Shown here in pieces: positions 1 to 8,016 of a DNA stretch of 64,000 bases. The notes beneath the pieces were generated by a model. It saw only the letters and a list, made by a program, of their open reading frames with translations. It was not told where the DNA came from and made no database searches. The first letter of the stretch is position 1. Each line of letters starts with the position of its first letter. The position numbers and the translations under genes were made by a program. The stretch is taken from the NCBI GenBank assembly GCA_016176465.1, contig JACOXD010000004.1:50119-114118 (forward strand). Reading direction: 5' to 3'. Origin of the DNA: Candidatus Daviesbacteria bacterium (GTDB lineage Bacteria; Patescibacteriota; Microgenomatia; Daviesbacterales; UBA10151).

Positions 1-101
1 CTAGTAAATACCCACCTACTAGTAAGACTGCCACCAAAATTGCTGCACCCAAATAGAGGTTTTTATTACTCATAAATTAAGGTTAGAGGATTATAACATC
101 T

Positions 102-1205
102 CTATACTACTTTTTCCCAGGGAAATTCATCTCTACCAAAATGTCCATAAGCAGCGCTAGGTAAATAAATTGGTCGCCTTAAATCTAATTTTTTCAAAAT
201 CCCAGCGACAGATGTATCCAAAATTTTATTGATAAAATTTACTATAACTTTTTCTGTAGTTCTAGCGGTTCCAAAAGTTTCCACTTCCTGCATTAGAGGT
301 TTTTTGGCACCGATAAAATAAGCTAGGGATATTTCACACTTTTTCGCTAAATCATTGGCAACGATATTTTTCGCTAAATACCTGGCCGCGTAAGCACCAG
401 AGCGATCAACTTTGGTTGGATCTTTACCAGAAAAACAACCACCACCAACCCTACTCATGCCTCCATAACCATCTACAACAATTTTTCTACCTGTTAAACC
501 GGAATCTGAGGCCGGTCCCCCTTTATGCCAAACACCGGTTCCATTAACAATTAAATCCGTCTTTGCGATTTGAAATCCAAACTCTCCTAGTACTGGCAAA
601 ACTACTTGTTTATATAAATCATTTTTTACTTGGTTTAAACTTACTTTTTCTTCATGAGGAACTGCCAAAACAACCTTAGTTACTCTTCTTGGCTTATCTT
701 TTTCGTATTCAACCGTAACCTGGCTTTTTCCATCAGGGCGCAAATAAGGAAGGTGTTTTTCCTCTCTTACTTGATCCACTCTTCTGGTTAAGCCGTGAGC
801 TAAAGTAATTGGCATAGGCATATAGCTTTTGGTGTCTTTGCAAGCAAAACCAAACATCATCCCTTGATCCCCAGCACCTTGTTTTTCTACACCAACCGCT
901 ATTTCAGGAGATTGTTCATGAACATAAACTTCAATCGGAGATTTATCAGAAAAGCCAAATTTAGGATCAATGTATCCTAATCTTTTAATTTGTTCCCTGG
1001 CAATTTTTTTAAGATCTATTTTAGCTTTAGTTTTTACTTCCCCTACCATTATTAATCTGTTAAACCCGGCAACTGTTTCAACGGCAACCCGGCCATATGG
1101 ATCTTGCGCTAAAACTGCATCTAAAACTGCATCTGAAATTTGATCGCAAATTTTATCAGGATGTCCGGCACAAACTGATTCAGATGTAAACGTAGTTGTA
1201 CTCAT
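102..1205 (-). CDS. metK: S-adenosylmethionine synthetase
   Basis: 367 aa; MetK signature GAGDQGMMFGFA and full-length match to the MAT family. Confidence 0.92.
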   Translation of the reverse strand: MSTTTFTSESVCAGHPDKICDQISDAVLDAVLAQDPYGRVAVETVAGFNRLIMVGEVKTKAKIDLKKIAREQIKRLGYIDPKFGFSDKSPIEVYVHEQSPEIAVGVEKQGAGDQGMMFGFACKDTKSYMPMPITLAHGLTRRVDQVREEKHLPYLRPDGKSQVTVEYEKDKPRRVTKVVLAVPHEEKVSLNQVKNDLYKQVVLPVLGEFGFQIAKTDLIVNGTGVWHKGGPASDSGLTGRKIVVDGYGGMSRVGGGCFSGKDPTKVDRSGAYAARYLAKNIVANDLAKKCEISLAYFIGAKKPLMQEVETFGTARTTEKVIVNFINKILDTSVAGILKKLDLRRPIYLPSAAYGHFGRDEFPWEKVV

Positions 1206-1230
1206 TAAAAAACCCCTATCAAGGAGGGGT
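1206..1230 (-). terminator. Intrinsic terminator hairpin (cccctcc...gggg) followed by a U-run, 8 nt upstream of the metK start; likely the riboswitch expression platform
   Basis: Minus strand reads aaacccctccttgataggggtttttt directly before the ATG. Confidence 0.5.
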
Positions 1231-1238
1231 TTAGGTTT

Positions 1239-1268
1239 TCCTTCTCCGCCAGCCGGCGGATCAGGACA
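1239..1268. repeat. Fragment of the MITE-like repeat family (tccttctccgccagcYggcggatcagga), near-identical to the copy at 40340-40368
   Basis: 28/30 nt identity with the internal module of the element at 40264-40372. Confidence 0.5.
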
Positions 1269-1271
1269 TAT

Positions 1272-1378
1272 CTTTCCCCTAAGGAAGCTGGCACCGCGGT
1301 CCGATATGACATCGGACTCGGTTGTCGGTCCGACATCAATCGGACGCTCTTGATAATTACTAGCTATTAAAACACAAA
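1272..1378 (-). promoter_or_regulatory. Candidate SAM-responsive riboswitch (S-box-like) in the metK leader
   Basis: Minus-strand leader contains UUAUCAAGAG (P1-like), AACC, GGUGCCAGCUUCC (cf. SAM-I GGUGCCAAUUCC) and GAAAGAUAUG (cf. GAAAGAUGAG), followed by a terminator; the K-turn GGAGGGA is not seen. Confidence 0.35.
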
Positions 1379-1400
1379 AACTAACTTATGTAAATATTCA

Positions 1401-2285
1401 TTAAACAGGAGAAAATAACAAATTCTCATCCATTTGGATAATTTTTTTAGATTCTAGCTCTCTTAGAAACTCTCCTTTTTTATTTGAGTTGCAAATTTTA
1501 CAAAAAGATTTATTGCAAAAGCTTAATTTAGTGGTTGAGATAATTTTTGCTATTTTTTGTTTAAATATTTCTTCAAATTGGAAAACTTTATCTAAGTCAA
1601 ACTCCTCATAAAGATCATTGTTTTTGGGTTCCAACCAAAGTCTCACTATAAACCTAGCTTTTTTATAACCCAAATCTATTAATCTTTTGCAACAAAGCAA
1701 TGTATAAAGCTTGGGCATTAAATCCATATCTAAATTTTCTTTCCCCTTTTCTACATCTTCTCTGTATTTGTAATCACAAATCTCCGGGATTCCATCATCT
1801 CCCATCTCAATTGCATCAGGACCTCCCCAAAGTTTCCATTTTCCATCCTCCCCTTCAATTATCCATTCGCAAAACCCAACTGGTTCAATAGATTTTTTAA
1901 TGTGACCATTTAAGGCATTATAATATTCAATAAAAATTTCACTTGCTTTTTTACATAAATTATCATCAAGAAAATATTTGATTGCAGAGTAAAAAGTTGG
2001 AGAGGAACTTTTGGCAACTTTATCTAACATTTTATTTAAGCTCGCTTTTATTAAGTTAGCTACATACTCAGGTGGTTGATTGTAGGAATTTGTTTGATGA
2101 AACAGCTTAATAGTTTCATCCAATAAGCTGCCTAAAGCCATATTAAAATTTCCCTCTGCTAATTCATATTTTTTACCCAATCCAAAATGGTGTAGTACAA
2201 AAAACCTAAATGGGCAATATTCAAACTCACGAAAATCAGTTAGCGAAAAACAAAACTTACGGTCTATCCCGTCATTAAAAGGCAT
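1401..2285 (-). CDS. Cas4-like PD-(D/E)xK nuclease with predicted Fe-S cysteines (standalone, no CRISPR nearby)
   Basis: N-terminal FEYCPFRFF (Cas4 YCPR-like), GGPDAIE...EICDYK (D/ExK motifs), C-terminal CNKSFCKIC cysteine cluster. Confidence 0.5.
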   Translation of the reverse strand: MPFNDGIDRKFCFSLTDFREFEYCPFRFFVLHHFGLGKKYELAEGNFNMALGSLLDETIKLFHQTNSYNQPPEYVANLIKASLNKMLDKVAKSSSPTFYSAIKYFLDDNLCKKASEIFIEYYNALNGHIKKSIEPVGFCEWIIEGEDGKWKLWGGPDAIEMGDDGIPEICDYKYREDVEKGKENLDMDLMPKLYTLLCCKRLIDLGYKKARFIVRLWLEPKNNDLYEEFDLDKVFQFEEIFKQKIAKIISTTKLSFCNKSFCKICNSNKKGEFLRELESKKIIQMDENLLFSPV

Positions 2286-2362
2286 AATTAATTAACATAG
2301 CTTAATTTGCTTGCCTTGTAAAGGCAACTTTGGCGAAACTTTTTAAGTTATAATATCTTTTA

Positions 2363-2887
2363 GTGAAAAAATTTCTGCCCATTTTAGTAATATTTTCCCT
2401 AGCGCTTATTTTTCCTTACTACTCTCTAGCCAGAGTTACACCAGAAGATATTGTTAACTCACAAAAAGAGACCTTTGAATCCAAAATAAAAAATTATTCT
2501 CTGGAAAATCAAAATAAAATAAAAAGCCTAGTTGCCAAGATAGAAACTATTAATAAACAAAGGACACAGGAACTTGAATTAATTGTTCAAACCCAAGGAT
2601 TAATTTTAGATGAATATGTCAGAAGGAATAATATTCAAGAAGATGGAGGAAAAGATGGGATTCACCGAAGTAATGACCCTGTGGCAGTAGTCCGGATTGA
2701 AATCACCAGAGCCCATGAAGCGGTAGCATATCAAGCGGCTAAAAACTATATTCCCTCATTGACTTCAGAAAGTAATATGAAGTCTAATTTACTAAACCTT
2801 ATAAATAAATTGGAATATGAATTAAATTCTGCCAGATCCCAAGTTATTAAATCTCAAAATATACTAAAAGGAGTAATTAGTGAATAA
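2363..2887 (+). CDS. Secreted hypothetical protein (signal peptide, coiled-coil)
   Basis: N-terminal hydrophobic signal MKKFLPILVIFSLALIF; no recognisable domain. Confidence 0.4.
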   Translation: MKKFLPILVIFSLALIFPYYSLARVTPEDIVNSQKETFESKIKNYSLENQNKIKSLVAKIETINKQRTQELELIVQTQGLILDEYVRRNNIQEDGGKDGIHRSNDPVAVVRIEITRAHEAVAYQAAKNYIPSLTSESNMKSNLLNLINKLEYELNSARSQVIKSQNILKGVISE

Positions 2888-3149
2888 TATAAAAACAATT
2901 TCTTTGGTTATTATATTTTCCATACTAATTGGGGTTGCTATATTTTTTATAACTAATAAAAATACTCCAACAATTTCTAATATAAAATCATTTAATTTTT
3001 CCCAAAATATTGATCCCTCTCCTTCTTCTTCACCTACCCCAGAACCAGTTGATGAAAATACCAATTTAATGGAACAGTTAGAAAAAAATATACCAGAAGA
3101 TTTTTCTCAGGATTTTGAAGAAATAAAAAATATGGTAAATAATTACTAA
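2880..3149 (+). CDS. Membrane-anchored hypothetical protein with a Pro/Ser-rich linker
   Basis: One N-terminal TM helix followed by a PSPSSSPTPEP low-complexity segment. Confidence 0.3.
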   Translation: MNNIKTISLVIIFSILIGVAIFFITNKNTPTISNIKSFNFSQNIDPSPSSSPTPEPVDENTNLMEQLEKNIPEDFSQDFEEIKNMVNNY

Positions 3150-3160
3150 TAGAAAAAAAC

Positions 3161-3349
3161 TTAATTTTTTAATTTAAATGCAGAATATGCTAAATATCCT
3201 GCAACAACTAATCCAAGTATACTAAACCAAGTTGGAACAACCCACCCAGCTATACTTGCTTCCCAACCTAAGAAAAACCTTAATAAATGCAAAATAGCAA
3301 TTACTGCAAAAATAATACCAGTTACTTGATTAAATGTTTGCTGTTTCAA
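3161..3349 (-). CDS. Small 2-TM membrane protein
   Basis: 62 aa with two hydrophobic helices. Confidence 0.35.
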   Translation of the reverse strand: MKQQTFNQVTGIIFAVIAILHLLRFFLGWEASIAGWVVPTWFSILGLVVAGYLAYSAFKLKN

Positions 3350-3387
3350 TTCTTAAATCACCTCCTTAATAAATTGTACACCTTTAA

Positions 3388-4359
3388 TTAAGGGTAAGTA
3401 GAGATATTTTTATGATGCTCATCAAGTGTTTTTGCATAATGGGAATTTCCTGCTGAGTCATGGTAATAAAAAAGATAAGGAGTATTTGGATTAGCATTAG
3501 CTACAGCTTTTAAAGAAGAAAGGGAGGGATTGCAAATAGGGGTGGGAGGTAAACCTCGATATTTATAAGTATTATAGGGAGATTCTATTAATTTATCATC
3601 ATTGCTTAAATGCCTTTTCCACCAACTCTTTTCTTTTTCCTGGAAACCCAGGGCATATTGAATTGAGGCATCAACATTTAATCCCACTCCTTCATTGAAA
3701 CGCCTCAGTAAAATTCCTGCTATCTCAGTTCTGGCTTTATCAGAACGCGCTTCCCTCTCAACTAAAGATGCCAAAATCACCCCTTCTTCCAAAGTTAATC
3801 CTTGTTTTTTTATTTTACCCTGCAACTCTTGATCGTATTTTTGTTCAAAATTATTTTTCATTATTGAAGCTATATTCTCTGGCGTTGTTTTAGGATTAAA
3901 TAAATAAGTATCAGGAAACATATATCCTTCCTCTGCAACTTGAATAAACTCATCACTCCCAATTCCTAACTCATCAGCTAATTTTTTTGCTACCTCTTCT
4001 ACTCTTAACCCTTCTACTATAGTTACCCATTTATCTACTGAGCCACTGGAGAGTGTTTTTATGATTTCATCAAGTGACATTTTCCCTGATAATTTAAAAT
4101 CTCCCGCTTCAATCTTTCCTACCATTTTAGTAAGTCTTAATTTGGTTTTAAAAACTAAATTAGAGCGAATTAATCCCATCTTTTCTAGGCGTTTTCCAAT
4201 ACTATCTGTAGATTCTCCTCTGGGAATAACAAAAGCTATTACTTCTCCAGTTGGGTTAACAGGGGAGTTTAGGTAACTCCAATAAAATTTTGCTGCCAAG
4301 AATGCTATAAAAACCAAAAAAAGCAAAATAATCCAATTTCTAAAAAAATCTTTTTTCAT
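3388..4359 (-). CDS. mltG: Endolytic murein transglycosylase MltG/YceG
   Basis: N-terminal TM, YceG-like domain, YNTYKYRGLPPTPICNP motif. Confidence 0.8.
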   Translation of the reverse strand: MKKDFFRNWIILLFLVFIAFLAAKFYWSYLNSPVNPTGEVIAFVIPRGESTDSIGKRLEKMGLIRSNLVFKTKLRLTKMVGKIEAGDFKLSGKMSLDEIIKTLSSGSVDKWVTIVEGLRVEEVAKKLADELGIGSDEFIQVAEEGYMFPDTYLFNPKTTPENIASIMKNNFEQKYDQELQGKIKKQGLTLEEGVILASLVEREARSDKARTEIAGILLRRFNEGVGLNVDASIQYALGFQEKEKSWWKRHLSNDDKLIESPYNTYKYRGLPPTPICNPSLSSLKAVANANPNTPYLFYYHDSAGNSHYAKTLDEHHKNISTYP

Positions 4360-4364
4360 ATTTT

Positions 4365-4427
4365 TGTCATTCTGAACCGTAGGCGAAGAATCTATATCAT
4401 GAGATCCTTCACTCCGTTCAGGATGAC
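4365..4427. repeat. MITE/REP-like nested palindrome element (tgtcattctga...gaagaatct...agatccttc...tcaggatgac)
   Basis: Outer inverted repeat gtcattctga/tcaggatgac and inner inverted repeat gaagaatct/agatccttc; lies between mltG and ruvX. Confidence 0.75.
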
Positions 4428-4440
4428 TCCCAAGACAGAG

Positions 4441-4821
4441 TCAGTTTAGCGAATCTAAAAAATTTTGTAAAATTAAAGCCGCAGCGTATGAATCTTCTTT
4501 CTCTTTTTTGGAAACTCCAATTTTTAACATTAAATCTTTAGCATCATGAGAAGTTAAAGTTTCATCAGTTTCTATCACCACTACCTTAGGGTATTTTTTT
4601 AATTCCTTAATAAACTTTTTAACTAAAGCTTTACTCTCCCCACTTTCTGCAACTCCAATAACTACCCTTTCTATTTCTTCCTGCTCTATAACCTTCTTTA
4701 TTTTATAAAGTGCATCATTTAATCCATTAATCTTTAAGGTTTTATAAATTGAGGCAATCGCTCCATCAGATAGCGCTAAGCCTATTTTTTTCTTACCATA
4801 ATCAACTCCTAAATACTTCAT
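4441..4821 (-). CDS. ruvX: Holliday junction resolvase-like protein RuvX/YqgF
   Basis: MKYLGVDYGKKKIGLALSD, the YqgF/RNase H-like fold signature. Confidence 0.85.
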   Translation of the reverse strand: MKYLGVDYGKKKIGLALSDGAIASIYKTLKINGLNDALYKIKKVIEQEEIERVVIGVAESGESKALVKKFIKELKKYPKVVVIETDETLTSHDAKDLMLKIGVSKKEKEDSYAAALILQNFLDSLN

Positions 4822-4828
4822 ATTGATT

Positions 4829-4904
4829 TGTCATTCTGATACGTAAGTGAAGAATCTAAAGAAAGATCCTTCTCCCCTCCGGGGGGCCCGCGCTCAGGAT
4901 GACA
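4829..4904. repeat. MITE/REP-like element with a GC-rich mini-hairpin insert (cccctccggggggcccgcg)
   Basis: Same terminal and inner inverted repeats as 4365-4427; begins 8 nt upstream of the ruvX start. Confidence 0.75.
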
Positions 4905-4936
4905 GAAAACTTTAAATAATATAACTTCTGTCAACT

Positions 4937-5569
4937 CTATTTTAATTTTGCCAATACTACCAACCTTTTAGTATTAAATCCAGGCGGTACGCAAGTCATT
5001 AAAGTTAGGTATCTGCCTACTTTGTCTGGTGGATTAATCACAGAAATATCTTTAGGATCAACAATTTTTATTTGCAAAGTAACGTATTCAAACTTTTGTC
5101 CTGAAACATAAAGTTCAATATTATCACCAATCTTTAACTCAGGTAATTTGGCAAAAATTGCCTGGAAATTTCCAGGCTTATATAGCTGGACTAGTGATGA
5201 ATGACCGGTGATAAAAATATTACCCTTTTCTCCGGGAAGAGCAGAACCAGGCAAATGGGCCAAATTTTCCTCAAAACTATTAGTATCTACTTTAACTAAA
5301 ATATCTTTTAAATTGATTTTATTAATGGTTAAAAAAAATCGATCATAAGTATAACTTCTCTCTTTACTGTCGGAGATAAAGGCCGGAAAATTGCCTATAT
5401 TTTGAATACTTACTCCTGCAACTTCTCCTTTTTGGGGATCGATTAAAGCTTTACTTTGCCAATAGTTACTAAATTCCCAAAACTTAAATGCAATAAGCGG
5501 CATAATTATTTGAACTAAAATAAAAATCCCAATGCTTAGGCAGATTAGCGAAAATATTTTAATAACCAT
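4937..5569 (-). CDS. Sortase family transpeptidase
   Basis: N-terminal TM, ITGHS (His) and LTLMTCVP (TLxTC Cys) motifs. Confidence 0.7.
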   Translation of the reverse strand: MVIKIFSLICLSIGIFILVQIIMPLIAFKFWEFSNYWQSKALIDPQKGEVAGVSIQNIGNFPAFISDSKERSYTYDRFFLTINKINLKDILVKVDTNSFEENLAHLPGSALPGEKGNIFITGHSSLVQLYKPGNFQAIFAKLPELKIGDNIELYVSGQKFEYVTLQIKIVDPKDISVINPPDKVGRYLTLMTCVPPGFNTKRLVVLAKLK

Positions 5570-5571
5570 AA

Positions 5572-7824
5572 TTATTTAGCAGTTACATCAAGCGAGATAC
5601 GGGAAGCTAAAAACGGCAACCTTTGTAAAAATGAAGGTAGTGCTGGGTTAATTTGAATATCGCTTGAAATAACATTCTCGATAGAACGTAAAATAGATGC
5701 CGCATCTGTTGGAGTTTTAAATGCAATTTTCTTTTTAATATTTTCCTCATCTAATTTTGGCATTAATTTAGCCTTAAACTTTGCAAGAAAAATTAACTTC
5801 CCATCATCTTCCATCTTAGCCACATCAGCTTGGGTTTCTGTATCAGCTAAATCTAAACTAAAACCTGGCGGGACATTTGTTTCTACTAATTTAGAAACCA
5901 TTCTTTTTAAATCCATGTCTGAGTAGGCAGTACCAGTAAATTTAAGGGATAAATTAAGGGTAAAATCCACTCCTTGATCATTAATATTTTTAGAATAGGT
6001 CGTTTTGGCATTTTCTTCAGATAAAGCCTCTTCTAATACTTTATAATCTCCTGATAATTTAGCTTGTAGATTATCTTTAGCTTTTTTACGTAAATTGGAT
6101 GAAGCTATGGCCAACAATTTTTTCTGATCATCTGATGTCACAATTGTTACATCTTTACTGGTACCCCCGCTAAATGTGCTATCTACTTTGGCTGAGAAAT
6201 TATCGCTAGATTGACCTTGAATTGATAATTCCTTGCCGGCCGGTAAGTTACCTTCAGGTCCAATTTGAGCTGCTGTTACATTAGCGGTTGCTTTTCCAAA
6301 AGCAATTCCTCCTTCAACAGCAGACTCTGAAGCAATGTTAACTGTAGAATCCAAGGTAAATTGGATATTATCTCCAACTAAAATACTCCCTTGGGAGAAA
6401 GTTTTTGGGGAGGTGGTTTTATTGTAAATAACTACGGCTCCTTTTGAGGGATCTCCAATTTTTTTCTTTCCACTCGCAACTCCTCGCTCAAAACCTGTTA
6501 AAACTGTCTCTACCCGTTTACCCGGAATTTTCCTATTAGATTCATCTACAGAAGTCACTTCTGGATCTACTATAACTTGAGCCTCTTTTTCCAAAATTCT
6601 TGGATCAATAAATATTGTTACTTTGGCATGAGGAATAAATAAGTAGCTAACAATAAGTATTATTAAAATTAATATAGGTAATAGCCAAACTTTGGGAACA
6701 AATTGAAATCGAAAGGAAGTAATTTTATTTTTAATTACCAAAGGTAGACTAGTAGATAGCTTTGCTAAATAATTTGGAGGAATAATATCTTTTCTGATAA
6801 AATCTTTTTCCTGCTCATCTATTTCTAACCCTTCATCCATCAGTTGCTTCTCTTCCTTGTCCTGAGCGTTTGCAGTGAACGAAGTTGAACTGGAATCGAA
6901 GGATTCCTCTTCAATATTTCCTTGGACAAATCCTACCTCTTTTAAGGAATCATGCGAATGGGGGGAATCTAAACTGGCAATTTCTTGTTTTTTAACTTCT
7001 TTAGTTGTTAGATTATTTAAATCTTTTTCCCCGAAAGTAGTATCAGGATTTAACTCAGAGGCTCCAGCAAACGAAACAGCAGCAATGGTTACCTTTTGAT
7101 CCAAAATATCTACTTTAGGAAGGTGTAGGAAGGGCAAGTTTGACATCCAGGGAAAAGATAACAAATCATCTTTTAGTTTCTCACCGTTTACACTCCCTGT
7201 TGGACCAAACAGCAAAATTTTAGAAGGCAGCACTTCTACCTCAGAAAAAGTAAGCAAACCTTTTTCTATATCTTTTGCCAAATTATCAGATCTTCTAACA
7301 GATTCGCTTCCGATGATTTTTCCAGCTTTGACAATGGTGATGATTAAAGGATCAGAAATATTTACTAAAATAGCAGTTAAAGGCACTCCTTGGATTTTTT
7401 GCAGCAGATGGGAGATAGCGTGGGCTGATGAAACATAGGCCATGGGAGATAAATCTAACTCCTTAACTAAATCCTTAATGGTTTTTAAATGCTCCTCCTT
7501 TAAATTGTCATCCTGAAGCCAGGAATCAGGAACACCAAAGAGGATTTTTGAGGGTTCAATCTCAAGCGCGCCTAAAGTTTCATCTAAGCTCAAATTAGCA
7601 GCCTCAATTAATTTACCATCCTCAATATTAGCCAAAGCTATATTAACTAACTTTAGTTGATTGTTTTCCAGACTCCATAAACTTGCTTGAACTTGTGTTT
7701 GGTCAATATTTAACGCAAAAAAGTATTCATTTTCAGAAGACTTTGGAGAAAAAAAAGGTAGCTTGGGCAGCTTATCTAAAAAGCTCATAAGAAACTTAAA
7801 ATATCTTACCATACTCAATCTCAA
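5572..7824 (-). CDS. Large bitopic membrane protein with an FtsA/PilM-like (actin-fold) N-terminal domain, a central TM and a long extracytoplasmic C-terminal region
   Basis: 750 aa; N-terminal FFALNIDQTQV resembles the phosphate-1 motif of PilM/FtsA; TM VWLLPILILIILIVSYLF; Ser/Thr/Gly-rich beta-rich ectodomain. Confidence 0.3.
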   Translation of the reverse strand: MRLSMVRYFKFLMSFLDKLPKLPFFSPKSSENEYFFALNIDQTQVQASLWSLENNQLKLVNIALANIEDGKLIEAANLSLDETLGALEIEPSKILFGVPDSWLQDDNLKEEHLKTIKDLVKELDLSPMAYVSSAHAISHLLQKIQGVPLTAILVNISDPLIITIVKAGKIIGSESVRRSDNLAKDIEKGLLTFSEVEVLPSKILLFGPTGSVNGEKLKDDLLSFPWMSNLPFLHLPKVDILDQKVTIAAVSFAGASELNPDTTFGEKDLNNLTTKEVKKQEIASLDSPHSHDSLKEVGFVQGNIEEESFDSSSTSFTANAQDKEEKQLMDEGLEIDEQEKDFIRKDIIPPNYLAKLSTSLPLVIKNKITSFRFQFVPKVWLLPILILIILIVSYLFIPHAKVTIFIDPRILEKEAQVIVDPEVTSVDESNRKIPGKRVETVLTGFERGVASGKKKIGDPSKGAVVIYNKTTSPKTFSQGSILVGDNIQFTLDSTVNIASESAVEGGIAFGKATANVTAAQIGPEGNLPAGKELSIQGQSSDNFSAKVDSTFSGGTSKDVTIVTSDDQKKLLAIASSNLRKKAKDNLQAKLSGDYKVLEEALSEENAKTTYSKNINDQGVDFTLNLSLKFTGTAYSDMDLKRMVSKLVETNVPPGFSLDLADTETQADVAKMEDDGKLIFLAKFKAKLMPKLDEENIKKKIAFKTPTDAASILRSIENVISSDIQINPALPSFLQRLPFLASRISLDVTAK

Positions 7825-7840
7825 ATAAAAATAATTTTTG

Positions 7841-7849
7841 TGATATAAT
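7841..7849 (+). promoter_or_regulatory. Extended -10 promoter element (TGaTATAAT) for the alaS leader
   Basis: tgatataat located 170 nt upstream of the alaS GTG. Confidence 0.45.
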
Positions 7850-7854
7850 CTTTA

Positions 7855-8016
7855 ATGACAAAAGCGTTAACTGGAAAGAAGGGATTATCCCGGGCCAATC
7901 CAGGAGCTGGGTACGATGAGCATTCCCGTTGATAACGTAATAATCTAAATCAAGAAGCAAGCCAGGTGGTACCACGAAGTTAGACCTTCGTCCTAGCAAA
8001 GGATGGAGGTTTTTTT
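7855..8016 (+). promoter_or_regulatory. Candidate T-box riboswitch leader (tRNA-Ala sensing) with a terminator that sequesters the SD
   Basis: T-box core aagccaGGTGGTACCACGaag at 7957-7978; terminator ccuucgucc-uagcaaa-ggauggagg-U7 at 7986-8016 includes GGAGG; GCU-containing candidate specifier region gagcuggg. Confidence 0.55.

Noticed and set aside
1700-1891. Small ORFs antisense to or overlapping large conserved genes (1700-1891, 6875-7099, 17645-17848, 17946-18237, 19577-19804, 20848-21105, 21458-21787, 24108-24344, 28047-28340, 28120-28302, 29786-30046, 33413-33889, 34153-34420, 38849-39226, 39547-39876, 47891-48874, 54483-54740, 55044-55463, 60140-60382, 62264-62482)
   Set aside because: All lie inside or antisense to well-supported genes and have low-complexity or biased composition. 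They are treated as shadow ORFs of the real coding strand
4365-4904. Whether the palindromic elements are integron attC sites
   Set aside because: The termini do not match the attC core and inverse-core (GTTRRRY and RYYYAAC), there is no intI gene, and the flanking genes are core housekeeping rather than cassettes
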